Part shown: one piece after another, positions 38,149 through 47,898 of the stretch | How the letters are laid out: each line of letters starts with the position of its first letter | How positions within the stretch are numbered: position 1 is the first letter of the stretch | Assembly: GCA_963783375.1 (NCBI GenBank) | Contig: CAWANH010000028.1 | Span: 1,632,001 to 1,696,000 of the forward strand | DNA: 64,000 bases | Source: Candidatus Eiseniibacteriota bacterium | GTDB taxonomy: Bacteria; Eisenbacteria; RBG-16-71-46; JABDJR01 | Direction: 5' to 3' | Translations under genes and position numbers: made by a program | Notes under the pieces: generated by a model | What the model was told of the DNA's origin: nothing | The model's database searches: none | The model's input: only the letters and a program-made list of their open reading frames with translations

Positions 38149-38236
38149 TGCAGGTTGTCCCGGGCACTATGCCCCCAGGGTTGGCTCCAGCATCTGCATG
38201 GGCCCACAGTCACTAGAACAAACCAAGGAGATGGTG

Positions 38237-38473
38237 ATGAAAACCATGACCTGCGCGCAACTAGGGGGCGCCTGTGAGAAGGAGTTCCATGCCGCGACGT
38301 TCGAAGAAATGGCGGAGTTGAGCAAGCAACACGGAATGGAAATGCATCGGAAGCAGGAACCAGCGCACCTGGAAGCGATGCAGGAAATGCAGGGGTTGAT
38401 GAAGGACCCGGAAGCGATGAAGCGGTGGTTTGAGTCAAAGCGCCAGGAGTTCGATGGGCTACCCGAACAGTAA
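38237..38473 (+). CDS. DUF1059-like small metal-binding protein (second cassette)
   Basis: AAGGAG RBS; 'MKTMTCAQLGGACEKEFHAATFEEMAELSKQHGMEM'. Confidence 0.8.
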   Translation: MKTMTCAQLGGACEKEFHAATFEEMAELSKQHGMEMHRKQEPAHLEAMQEMQGLMKDPEAMKRWFESKRQEFDGLPEQ

Positions 38474-38501
38474 AGGCAAGGTGTTCTGATCGACCTCCGG
38501 C

Positions 38502-38601
38502 GCCCAGCATGAAGTTGAAGGGGACGTGGCAACCCGTGGCAATAGTTGCTTGCGCAACTTGTCCGCCGGAACGTCCACGCCGCAAAGACTTGGCGTCAGA
38601 G
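38502..38601 (+). mobile_element. Degenerate attC site
   Basis: GCCCAGC (RYYYAAC-like) ... GTCAGAG (GTTRRRY-like), ~100 bp, apical hairpin AGTTGC-TTGC-GCAACT homologous to the first attC. Confidence 0.55.
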
Positions 38602-38686
38602 CGGGGGGCCTCCGCGAGTAAGCGCCGCTGGCCCGGACGCATCGGCCCACGGTGGAGCTAGGCGATGACCTGGAAGCTCTGGGTAC

Positions 38687-38720
38687 GAAAAAGAGCCCCG
38701 ACCTGCGGGCCGGGGCTCTT
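38687..38720 (-). terminator. Rho-independent terminator
   Basis: Minus strand AAGAGCCCCGGCCCGCAGGTCGGGGCTCTTTTT: 10-bp stem plus U-tract. Confidence 0.65.
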
Positions 38721-39312
38721 CGTCTGGACCAAGGAGGGCGCCGCTTCCATACTCTGTCGGCGATCACCCTGTCTGCTCTACTCCGTTATCGGTGGGAGGC
38801 CGGCTCGATTAAAGAAAAAATGCGGAACGGTCGCCCGGGCGACACATGACCCTCCGGTGGAAACAGCCGCCGTCTTGACGCCGCGGGCAGTCGGCGACAG
38901 CACGCCGGCAACCCGGAGGGAGGCCCCGGCCGCCGGTTGCTGTACCCGGGTAACAGACCACGCGACAAGAGGATAAGGGGCGGCCGGCGTGCGGGCGGGC
39001 CGGTTCGGGATCCGAACCGCCCAGGGACAGACACCGGATCTCGAGAGTGTTCAATTCTCCGACGGGTAAGCGGTAGATTTCCCGGCACCTTTCCCCGTCG
39101 ACGATGCCCTCGCAATTGATTAGAATGCGGCCAGCATTTTGGGGGTTTCTGTTCTATCTCCGAGGAGGGCCAACGTCAGTGGGGGTGCCCGTAAGGCGCG
39201 GGATCGGACCGGCCGGCAGGGGCCGGACGAAGCGTTGCGACGCCGGGTATACCGCCACCCTCCCTGCTCCCTTCTCGCCCTCGACCCTCTCCTCCCAGCG
39301 AAGGAGTCCACG

Positions 39313-42288
39313 ATGAGGCGCTATCTCTTCCCGATCGTCGTCGTTTCCCTGGCCCTGGCCATGGTGGCCGGTTGCAAGAAGGTGACCAGTACCAGTGATG
39401 GAGGGGGCATTGTCTCCGGCCCGCCGAGCATCCCGGCGGCGCTGGCCCAGGCCCAGACCATCCCGCCCATCCTGGCCAACGGGGTGAGCCAGGCGGACGT
39501 CTACGTCACCGTCGTGGATGGAATCGGTCGCTCGCTCGAGGGGATCGGCGTGAGGTTTGTCACCGACCGCGGTAGCATCGAGCACTACGCCACCACCAAC
39601 CAGAACGGCCTGGCCAGGGTCACGTTCACGAGCCAGGCGAGCGTGAACGACCTCTCGGCCACGATCACCGCCAGCGCTTCCCAGGACACCTCGGGCACGG
39701 CGGCCGCGCCGTCGGGCTCGGTGGCCCTTCTCAGCAAGGAGCCGCTCGCGCCCGAGCTGATCCACGAAGCGCTGCGCCAGCGCCGCGAGGCGGTCCACGA
39801 AGGCGTGCTGAACGCCGCCGCCGACATCAGCACCACCATCCCGATTCCGATGATCGGCGTCACCCTCACCGTCTCCGCCACCCCGGCCACGATCCCCGCC
39901 GACGGGAAGAGCACGGCGAAGGTGAAGGCGAACCTGATCGAGACCACGAGCCGGGTGCCGTTGGCCGGGGAGACCGTGCGCTTCGGGGCCACCGCGGGCT
40001 CGGTGACCGGCTCGGTCCAGACCGACGAGACCGGGACCGCCACCGCGCTCCTCACCGGGACCACCAGCGGCGCGACCTCCGAGGTCACCGCGTTCTACGC
40101 CAAGCTCCCCTCCAAGAAGGCCAGCGTGAGCTTCAGCGCCTTGAGCCTGGACCTCCTCGTGGGAACGCCGGCGGTGCAGCCCGACGGCTCCACCCGCACC
40201 CCGGTGAGCGCGCGGCTCCTGAACGCCCAGCGGAATCCGGTGGACGGGGCCGAGGTGAGCTTCGCCACCGACCAGGGGACGATCCTCTCTCCGGTCACCA
40301 CCGATACGGACGGGATGGCCATGACCACCCTGGTCACCCCGCTCGGCTCGCCCCAGGCCCAGGTCACCGCGGCCTTCGGGGCCCTGAGCGCGAACGCCAC
40401 CGTGACCTTCACCACCCTGACCTTCACCCTGGCCTCGGAGAAGGCGAGCATCCAGGCCGATGGGACGTCGACCACCGGAATCGTCGCCACCTTGACCAAT
40501 CCCGCCCACAATCCCGTGGCCGGGGTGCCGGTCCAGTTCAGCACCTCGCTCGGCACGGTGACCTCGCCCGCGGTGACCGATGACGACGGCCGGGCGGTGG
40601 CCGTCCTGACCTCCAGCGCCTCGACCGGGACCGCCACCGTGACCGCGAACTACGCCGGCGGGACCCAGAAGACGGTGCAGGTGCAGTTCGCCGCCGCCCC
40701 CGCCGCGGCCTCGATCCTCGTTTCCGCCGATCCCGCCACGCTCCCCGCCGACGGGGCGAGCCAGGCCGTCCTCACCGCCACCGTGCTCGACGCCGCGGGG
40801 AACCCCGTCCACGACGGGACCCTCGTGGCCTTCGCGGTGCCGGACGGGAACGGCAGCGTGGTCACTCCCGATCGCCCCACGGTGGATGGCGTGGCCACCG
40901 GTACCTACATCGCCGGCACCGACGCCGGCACGGTGAACGTGAGCGCGACGGTGAAGAACACCGCGGTCCAGGGATCGGTGGGCCTGAGCCTGGCCCGGCT
41001 CGAGGTCGGCGCGGTCACGGTGAGCGCGGCCGCCGACTCGGTGCTCGCGGACGGGCTGGCCTCGACGATCGTGACCGCGACGGTGACCGACCCGCTCGGC
41101 CACCCGGTGGCGCCAGGGACGGCCGTGCAGTTCACGACCAGCTCGGGAGCGCTGGAGGACGTCCAGCCCACCGATGATCAGGGCGTGGCCACCACTCGGC
41201 TCCGCGCCGGCCGGTTCGTCACCGGAATGGGGCGGGTGACGGCGAGGGTCGGCACCTACCAGACCACGACCGACGTGCGTTTCGTCTCCGAGGCCCCGGC
41301 CCAGATCGTGATCCTCGAGGTGAACAACCCGCGGATCGGGATCCAGTCGACCGGGGCGAACGAGACGTCCCAGATCACCTACGAGGTCCGGGACCGGAAC
41401 GGCATCCCGGTGGACGGGAACCACAAGGCGACCCTGAACTTCACCGTGGTCGCGGAGAGCGGCTTCTCCGACGCCACCGTGAACCCGACCACGGCGACCA
41501 CCAATGAGCGCGGCCGGGCGATCGCCAACGTGCATTCGGGGGTGAAGGCCGGGGCGATCGAGGTCCAGGCCGCCGCGGGCGGGCTGCTCTCCAAGCCCAT
41601 CCGGATCGCCATTCACGGCGACCTTCCCGATCCGGACCACTTCTCCCTGGCCTTCCAGAAGGTCAACATCGCCGGCCTGGTCTACGACCAGATCCAGAAC
41701 GGGGTCACCACCCTGGTCGGCGACCAGTACGGGAACCCGGTCCCCGATTCCACCGCGGTCTGGTTCTCGGCGGACTTCGGGGTGGTGCAGGGAAGCGCCT
41801 TCACCGACGAGCACGGTCTGGCCACGGTGTGGGAGGTGACCGGCGCCCCACGGCCGGACATCCCCGGTGGCGACGGCCTGGTCACCATCACCGCCCAGAC
41901 GGTGAGCAAGGCCGGCGACGCGATCTTCACTTCGGGCCAGGTACTCTGGTCCGGGCCGACCATCATCGAGTTCACCAGCCCGACCACGGGTCAGGGTTTC
42001 AATGTCCCCAAGGGCGGTTTCACGACGCTCACCTTCCGGGTGCGCGACGCCAACAACAACCCGCTGACCAGGGGCACCCAGATCGAGGTGAGCACCACCG
42101 CGGGGAGCATCGCCGGGGACACCGACATCGTCCTCCCCGACACCCAGTCCTCGGAGTACACGACCTTCCAGGTAAGCCTCTCCGACGACACCCCGGACGA
42201 GGATGTGGCCCGGCCGGTGACGATCGCGGTGCAGGTGACGAGCGAGAACGGCAACCGGACCGCGGTCATCAACGGAACCGTGCACTAG
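39313..42288 (+). CDS. Lipoprotein with tandem invasin/intimin-type Ig-like (Big_1) domains
   Basis: AAGGAG RBS, VAGC lipobox, about 6-8 repeats of 'ADG.S...TATV.D..GNPV..G..V.F.T..G'. Confidence 0.88.
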   Translation: MRRYLFPIVVVSLALAMVAGCKKVTSTSDGGGIVSGPPSIPAALAQAQTIPPILANGVSQADVYVTVVDGIGRSLEGIGVRFVTDRGSIEHYATTNQNGLARVTFTSQASVNDLSATITASASQDTSGTAAAPSGSVALLSKEPLAPELIHEALRQRREAVHEGVLNAAADISTTIPIPMIGVTLTVSATPATIPADGKSTAKVKANLIETTSRVPLAGETVRFGATAGSVTGSVQTDETGTATALLTGTTSGATSEVTAFYAKLPSKKASVSFSALSLDLLVGTPAVQPDGSTRTPVSARLLNAQRNPVDGAEVSFATDQGTILSPVTTDTDGMAMTTLVTPLGSPQAQVTAAFGALSANATVTFTTLTFTLASEKASIQADGTSTTGIVATLTNPAHNPVAGVPVQFSTSLGTVTSPAVTDDDGRAVAVLTSSASTGTATVTANYAGGTQKTVQVQFAAAPAAASILVSADPATLPADGASQAVLTATVLDAAGNPVHDGTLVAFAVPDGNGSVVTPDRPTVDGVATGTYIAGTDAGTVNVSATVKNTAVQGSVGLSLARLEVGAVTVSAAADSVLADGLASTIVTATVTDPLGHPVAPGTAVQFTTSSGALEDVQPTDDQGVATTRLRAGRFVTGMGRVTARVGTYQTTTDVRFVSEAPAQIVILEVNNPRIGIQSTGANETSQITYEVRDRNGIPVDGNHKATLNFTVVAESGFSDATVNPTTATTNERGRAIANVHSGVKAGAIEVQAAAGGLLSKPIRIAIHGDLPDPDHFSLAFQKVNIAGLVYDQIQNGVTTLVGDQYGNPVPDSTAVWFSADFGVVQGSAFTDEHGLATVWEVTGAPRPDIPGGDGLVTITAQTVSKAGDAIFTSGQVLWSGPTIIEFTSPTTGQGFNVPKGGFTTLTFRVRDANNNPLTRGTQIEVSTTAGSIAGDTDIVLPDTQSSEYTTFQVSLSDDTPDEDVARPVTIAVQVTSENGNRTAVINGTVH

Positions 42289-42388
42289 CACCGATTCGCG
42301 GAATCGCAGAGACGGCTGAAGGGGAGGGACGCGCGGCGTCCCTCCCCTGTTATCATGGGCCCTCACCCCCAGTCTCCGGAGGTATCCC

Positions 42389-44398
42389 GTGCCCGACACC
42401 CGTCCCGCCGCCTGCCCCCTGGACTGCCCCGACGCCTGCTCGCTCACCGTCACCGTCGCCGACGGCCGGGTGACCGCGGTGGACGGGAGCGAGCGGAACC
42501 CGGTCACCGCGGGCTACATCTGCGCCAAGGTGCGCCGCTTCCCGGAAGCCATGTACGGCGAGGAACGGGTTCTGAAACCGCTCCTCCGCGTCGGTCCCAA
42601 GGGCGAGGCCGCGTTCCACGAGGTGAGCTGGGAGAAGGCGCTGGACGTGGTGGCCGAGCGCCTGGACGAGACCCGCCGCGTCCACGGGGGCGAGGCGATC
42701 CTGCCCTTCTCCTACGGGGGCTCCAACGGCCTTCTCTCTCAGGACACCACCGACGCCCGGCTCTTTCGCCGGCTGGGCGCCTCGAACCTGGCCCGCACGG
42801 TGTGCGCCGTCCCCACGAGCCGCGCCGCCCAGGGCCTTTACGGGAAGATGGCCGGGGTCGCCTATCCCGACTATGTCCACGCCCGCCTGATCGTGGCCTG
42901 GGGGGTGAACCCCGCGGTCTCCGGCATCCATCTCATGCCCTTCATCCAGGAGGCGCAGAAGCGCGGAGCGAAGCTCGCGGTGATCGACCCCCGCCGCACC
43001 AAGCTCGCCCGTCGCTCCGACCTCCACGTGGCTCCGCACCCCGGGACCGATCTTCCGCTGGCCCTGGCGGTGGTGAACCTGCTGTTCGAGAACGGCTGGG
43101 CCGACGAGCGGTTCCTGGCCGCGCACGCGGACGGGGTGAGCAATTTGCGGGAGATCGCCGCATCCTGGAACGTGCACAAGGCGGCCAGCATCTGTCGCAT
43201 CACCCCGCTCGAGATCGAGCAGCTGGCAAAGCTTTATGCCGAGTCGTCCCCGGCGGTGATCCGCTGCGGCTGGGGCCTGGAACGGAACCGGAACGGCGGC
43301 TCGGCGGCGGCGGCGGTCCTGGCGCTGCCGGCGGTGGCGGGGAAGTTCGGGGTGCGGGGGGGAGGCTACACCCTCAGCAACTCCTCGGTCTGGGGCCTCT
43401 CCTCCGAGGCCTCGGCGGGCGAGCCGAAGCCGGCGGTCCGGACGGTGAACATGAACGAGCTGGGAAAGACCCTGGCCCCCGACGCCCACACCCCGGTCAT
43501 GGCGCTCTTCGTCTACAACTGCAACCCGCTCGCCACCATGCCCGAGCAGGAGAAGGTGCGGAAGGGGCTCCTCCGCGAGGACCTCTTCACCGTGGTATTC
43601 GATCCGTTCCTGACCGACACCGCCCGCTACGCCGACGTGGTGCTCCCCGCGGCCACGTTTCTCGAACGGCGGGAGCTCTCCAAGGGGTACGGAGCGTTCG
43701 CGCTTCAGGCCACCGAGCCCGCCGCGTCCCCGGCGGGGGAGTCGCGCACCAACCACGAGGTGTTCGCGGATCTCGTGCGGCGGCTGGGGCTCGCGCGCCC
43801 CGGCGACGCGGAGACCGAGGACGAAGTCCAGCGGGCGATCCTTGCCGCCCACCCCGAGGGGGAGCGGCTGGCCGCCGAGCTGGTCGCGGGCGGCCTGGCA
43901 GTGCCGGGTTTCGGGGCGACGCCGGTGCAGTTCGTGGACGTCTTTCCCGGGACCCCGGACCGCCGCGCGCACCTCTTTCCCGACGACCTGGACCGCGAGG
44001 CACCCGAGGGGCTCTACGCCTACCGCCCCGATCCCGGCGACCGGCGGTATCCGTTGGCGCTGATATCGCCGGGCTCGGACAAGACGATCAGCTCGAGTCT
44101 CGGTCAGCTCCGCCGGGACCCGGTGCCGCTTCGCATCCACCCCGTCGACGCGGTGCCGCGAAGGATCGCCGACGGCGACCGGGTCCGGGTCGTGAACGAC
44201 TCCGGCGAGGTCGTCTGCCGCGCGGCGATCGATCCCGACGTCCGGGCCGGGGTGGTGGAGCTCCCCAAGGGGCTCTGGAGCCACAACACGGAGAACGGGG
44301 CGACCGCCAACGCGCTGGCCCCGGACACCCTGACCGATCTCGGGGGCGGCGCGTGCTTCAACGACGCGCGTGTCCAGGTGACGCGGCTCGGGGAGTGA
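42389..44398 (+). CDS. Molybdopterin oxidoreductase family protein (DMSO reductase superfamily)
   Basis: 'ACPLDCPDACS...ICAK', 'WGVNP', 'VIDPRRT', 'TDTARYADVVLPAATFLE', C-terminal Mo-binding domain. Confidence 0.9.
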   Translation: MPDTRPAACPLDCPDACSLTVTVADGRVTAVDGSERNPVTAGYICAKVRRFPEAMYGEERVLKPLLRVGPKGEAAFHEVSWEKALDVVAERLDETRRVHGGEAILPFSYGGSNGLLSQDTTDARLFRRLGASNLARTVCAVPTSRAAQGLYGKMAGVAYPDYVHARLIVAWGVNPAVSGIHLMPFIQEAQKRGAKLAVIDPRRTKLARRSDLHVAPHPGTDLPLALAVVNLLFENGWADERFLAAHADGVSNLREIAASWNVHKAASICRITPLEIEQLAKLYAESSPAVIRCGWGLERNRNGGSAAAAVLALPAVAGKFGVRGGGYTLSNSSVWGLSSEASAGEPKPAVRTVNMNELGKTLAPDAHTPVMALFVYNCNPLATMPEQEKVRKGLLREDLFTVVFDPFLTDTARYADVVLPAATFLERRELSKGYGAFALQATEPAASPAGESRTNHEVFADLVRRLGLARPGDAETEDEVQRAILAAHPEGERLAAELVAGGLAVPGFGATPVQFVDVFPGTPDRRAHLFPDDLDREAPEGLYAYRPDPGDRRYPLALISPGSDKTISSSLGQLRRDPVPLRIHPVDAVPRRIADGDRVRVVNDSGEVVCRAAIDPDVRAGVVELPKGLWSHNTENGATANALAPDTLTDLGGGACFNDARVQVTRLGE

Positions 44399-44486
44399 AC
44401 GGACGGCGCAACGGGATCCGACCCGGCGCGCCGCCGTTCGGGGCGCCTCGCCATTTCCGAGCGGCGAACCTCCGTCGCCGTCGCGT

Positions 44487-45224
44487 CTACACCCGCCTAA
44501 CGCTGAACGGAATGGTCGCGGTACCGAAGATGTTCCCGGTCCTGGCGTTCACCAGGTCCTGGCGGAAGACCACCTGCGCCTCGCCCGGGCTCACCTTCTG
44601 GAAGTAGAGGTAGCCGGAGATGTGTCCGTTCGGCTCCACCACGCCCTCGGGCAGGGCCTCGCGGACCATTTCCCGGGTGGGGAGGTTGATGGACTTCCAA
44701 TAGGTGTAGTAGTTGTCGTAGTAGAGCGGGTCGTAGTAGAACGGACCGGCCCAGTGCGCGAGCGTCGGGTACATCGGCCCCAGGTAGGGCGCCACGTCGA
44801 ACCCGTCCTCGTCGAACTCGGGCTCCTCGACCGGGGGGTAGAGGTTCTCCACCACCGGCTCCTGGACGGTGCCGCTCACCCCGTAGGGCGGGAGCGCGGC
44901 GTAGCGGACGCCTCGGGGGCCCACCAGGGAGAAGTCGGTATAGCGGATCCGGACCGGCCGGGTGCCGTGGTTCTGGATGGTGACCCGGACCGGGGTCACG
45001 TCCTCGAGGATGGCCGCCCGGCCGATCCACACGTTGGGTTCGGCGAGAACGTCCACGCTGTCCACGTTCGAGACCGCGGCGAAGGGTTCGCCGACGACCT
45101 CCTGGGCGCCGGGGGCGGGGGTGAGCTGGGCCTGGGAACCGCAGCCGGCCAGGGCCAGAAAGAGGGCCGCCGAGAGGCCGGCGGCGCCGATCGTAAATCG
45201 CGAGCGACCGTGAACGTGCTTCAT
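44487..45224 (-). CDS. Hypothetical lipoprotein with Tyr/Pro-rich loop
   Basis: AAGGAG RBS, LAGC lipobox, 'ALPEGVVEPNGHISGYLYF'. Confidence 0.75.
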   Translation of the reverse strand: MKHVHGRSRFTIGAAGLSAALFLALAGCGSQAQLTPAPGAQEVVGEPFAAVSNVDSVDVLAEPNVWIGRAAILEDVTPVRVTIQNHGTRPVRIRYTDFSLVGPRGVRYAALPPYGVSGTVQEPVVENLYPPVEEPEFDEDGFDVAPYLGPMYPTLAHWAGPFYYDPLYYDNYYTYWKSINLPTREMVREALPEGVVEPNGHISGYLYFQKVSPGEAQVVFRQDLVNARTGNIFGTATIPFSVRRV

Positions 45225-45405
45225 GATGATTCTCTCCTTCATGACGAGTGCTTGATTCCAAAACGATGTCTTGATCAATCCCACCGGTTGTCCGATCCTG
45301 AGTGGGCGTCCGCACACCTGGAATATCCGAAAACATGGCGACCTATTTCGTCCTTTGTGGGGCCGGGTCGGGAGCAGATTGCCGGTTGACGGGCCGGAGC
45401 CTAGA

Positions 45406-45420
45406 TGGTAATAATTAGCA
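45406..45420 (+). promoter_or_regulatory. Fur/PerR-type 7-1-7 box
   Basis: TGGTAAT-A-ATTAGCA directly before the perR ATG and downstream of TTGACG (45386). Confidence 0.65.
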
Positions 45421-45421
45421 C

Positions 45422-45925
45422 ATGAGAAACGGTCGTAAGAAGGACTCCGGCGGTGCGGGCGTCCGCGCCGCGGAGTCGGTGACCCGGTGGTGCGAGGCGT
45501 TCGGGCAGACCTGCCGGGACCGGGGGATCCGGGTAACTCCCCAGCGGCTTGCGGTTTACCGCGCCCTGGCCGAGGACCTGAGTCACCCCACCGCGGACCA
45601 GGTGCACGCGCGGCTCCGCCCCGAAATGCCGAGCCTCTCCCTGGCCACGGTCTACCGGATCCTGGAATCCCTGGAGGGGGAACGGCTCATCCGCCGGGTG
45701 AGCACCCTCGACGGGGTGGGGCGGTTCGACGCCAACCTCGATGCCCACCAGCACCTGGTGTGCCGGGGCTGCGGCCGCATGACCGATTTCGACGAGGCGT
45801 CCCTGGCACGGATCCGGTTGCCGCGGACCGCCGCCTCCGGCTTCACCGCCGAGGGGCTCGATATCCGGATCATCGGACTTTGCGACGCGTGCCGCGACTC
45901 CGCCGGGAAGGCCGGCCGGAGCTGA
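45422..45925 (+). CDS. perR: Fur-family regulator, PerR-like
   Basis: 'VTPQRLAV', 'HPTAD', 'SLATVYRIL', 'RFDAN...HQHLVCRGCG', C-terminal CxxC. Heads the rubrerythrin operon. Confidence 0.82.
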   Translation: MRNGRKKDSGGAGVRAAESVTRWCEAFGQTCRDRGIRVTPQRLAVYRALAEDLSHPTADQVHARLRPEMPSLSLATVYRILESLEGERLIRRVSTLDGVGRFDANLDAHQHLVCRGCGRMTDFDEASLARIRLPRTAASGFTAEGLDIRIIGLCDACRDSAGKAGRS

Positions 45926-45985
45926 CGGCGCACTTTGAACACCGGGGCGGTGGACGCCTCCCCGGATCATGAGGAGACATCGAAC

Positions 45986-46405
45986 ATGGCAGAGTTGAAG
46001 GGCTCCAAGACCCACCAGAACTTGAAGGACGCGTTCGCCGGCGAGAGCCAGGCCAACCGCCGCTACCTCTACTTCGCGAAGATCGCCGACGTCGAGGGCT
46101 ATCCCGAGGTGGCGGGGAACTTCCGCGAGACCGCCGAGGGCGAGACCGGCCACGCCCACGGCCATCTGGACTACCTGAAGAAGGTGGGCGACCCGGCCAC
46201 CGACCTCCCCATGGGCGGCACCGACGAGAACCTGAAGGCGGCCGTCGCGGGCGAGACCCACGAGTACACCGACATGTACCCGGGAATGGCCAAGACCGCG
46301 CGCGAGGAAGGCTTCACCGAGATCGCCGACTGGTTCGAGACCCTGGCCAAGGCGGAGAAGTCCCACGCCGGGCGTTTCACCCAGATGCTGAAGTCGATCA
46401 GCTGA
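45986..46405 (+). CDS. rbr: Rubrerythrin (short form, no rubredoxin domain)
   Basis: 'NLKDAFAGESQANRRYLYFA', 'ETGHAHGH', 'GETHEYTDMYPG', 'AEKSHA'. Confidence 0.93.
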   Translation: MAELKGSKTHQNLKDAFAGESQANRRYLYFAKIADVEGYPEVAGNFRETAEGETGHAHGHLDYLKKVGDPATDLPMGGTDENLKAAVAGETHEYTDMYPGMAKTAREEGFTEIADWFETLAKAEKSHAGRFTQMLKSIS

Positions 46406-46520
46406 TCGGGGTTTGCAATCGCGGGCGGGGGGCCGGCGAGGCCCTCCGCCCGGACTTTCTCCGGGACCCGGGCGCCGTGAACCGGCCGGGTCGGGGAGGC
46501 GATGCCGGGAGGGGAGCGCC

Positions 46521-47891
46521 ATGAGCGAAGCCGGGAAGAACGTCTCGTACCAGCCCACCGAGGGCATCTCCTACGACCCCGCCGAGCCGGTCTACTGGGA
46601 CCGGGCGGGCCTCGCCAAGGAGATCACCCGCACCTTCGAGATCTGCCACGGGTGCCGCCTCTGCTTCAAGTACTGCGACACTTTCCCCGATCTCTTCTCG
46701 CTCATCGACGACAAGTACGACGGTGACGTGCGGAAGATCACCCCGGGCGAAACCGAGGCGGTTCTCGACACCTGCTTCCAGTGCAAGCTCTGCGAGGTGC
46801 AGTGCCCCTACACCGAGCGGGACGGCCACGAGTACCGGCTCGACTTCCCCAGGATGGTTCACCGCCAGCGGGCGATCCGGGCCCCGAGCAAGGGCGTGCC
46901 GCTCCGCGACCGCATCCTGGCCGACCCCGACCGCGCCGGGAAGATGGCCCGCATGAGCTTCGGGATGGCCAACGTGGCCAACCGGACCGCGATCCACCGG
47001 TGGTTCATGGAGAAGGCGCTGGGGATCCACCGCGAGAAGCTCCTCCCCGACTTCGCCGGCGAGACCTTCGAGGCCTGGGCGGAGAAGAACGGCCGGATGG
47101 CCGCCGAGCCCGGCGGCGAGGCGGTCCTCTTCCAGACCTGCTTCGTTCAGAACAACGAGCCGGAGCTGGGGCGGGACACGCTCGAGGTGCTGGACCGGAA
47201 CGGCGTGGACGTGAAGTGCGCCCGCGGGCTCCAGTGCTGCGGCATGCCGGCGTGGGAGAAGGGGGACCTGGCCTCGGTCCAGGCCCAGGCCCGGCGGAAC
47301 CTGGAGATCCTGGAGCCCTTCGTGGCCAAAGGGGCCAAGGTGCTGGCCATCAACCCCACCTGCTCCATGATGCTTCGCCGGGAGTACCCGACTCTCGTGT
47401 CCGCGGCGGACCGCGAGCGCGCGAAGCGCGTGGCCGGGGCGGTCATGGACCCGAGCGAGTTCCTGTGGTCCATCCGCGACCAGGAGCGGTTCAACACCGA
47501 CTTCAAGAGCACCCCGGGGGGGAAGGTGAGCTATCACGCTCCCTGCCATCTCCGGGCCCAGGGGGTGGGGTTCAAAGGACGGGACCTCTTGCGGAAGATC
47601 CCGGGGGTGAGTCCGGCCTTCGTGATGGAGTGCTGCGGCCACGACGGCACCTTCGCCATGACGGTGAAGGGGTTCGAGCCTTCCCAGAGGGTGGGGAAGA
47701 AGGCCTTCGATGAGATGAAGGAGGTGGGGTCCGAGGTCTGGTCCACCGACTGTCCCCTGGCCGCCCTCCAGTTCCAGCAGCATGCGGGGGTGAAGCCGAT
47801 GCACCCCATGAGCATCCTGGCCCGGGCCTACCGGGAGGACGGCTTCCCCGGGAAAATCAAAGACACTCAGGACGACGACAAGAAGGATTGA
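46521..47891 (+). CDS. Fe-S oxidoreductase (GlpC/CCG-domain; rubrerythrin-associated)
   Basis: CHGCRLC and CFQCKLC..CP clusters, two CCG motifs. Confidence 0.88.
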   Translation: MSEAGKNVSYQPTEGISYDPAEPVYWDRAGLAKEITRTFEICHGCRLCFKYCDTFPDLFSLIDDKYDGDVRKITPGETEAVLDTCFQCKLCEVQCPYTERDGHEYRLDFPRMVHRQRAIRAPSKGVPLRDRILADPDRAGKMARMSFGMANVANRTAIHRWFMEKALGIHREKLLPDFAGETFEAWAEKNGRMAAEPGGEAVLFQTCFVQNNEPELGRDTLEVLDRNGVDVKCARGLQCCGMPAWEKGDLASVQAQARRNLEILEPFVAKGAKVLAINPTCSMMLRREYPTLVSAADRERAKRVAGAVMDPSEFLWSIRDQERFNTDFKSTPGGKVSYHAPCHLRAQGVGFKGRDLLRKIPGVSPAFVMECCGHDGTFAMTVKGFEPSQRVGKKAFDEMKEVGSEVWSTDCPLAALQFQQHAGVKPMHPMSILARAYREDGFPGKIKDTQDDDKKD

Positions 47892-47898
47892 GAGAGCC

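Noticed and set aside
39154-42507. Very long antisense or alternate-frame ORFs (e.g. 39154..42507-, 11573..14128-, 48910..51549-, 51658..54066-)
   Set aside because: Shadow ORFs of GC3-rich genes: Arg/Gly/Pro-rich, no motifs, fully overlapping well-supported genes.
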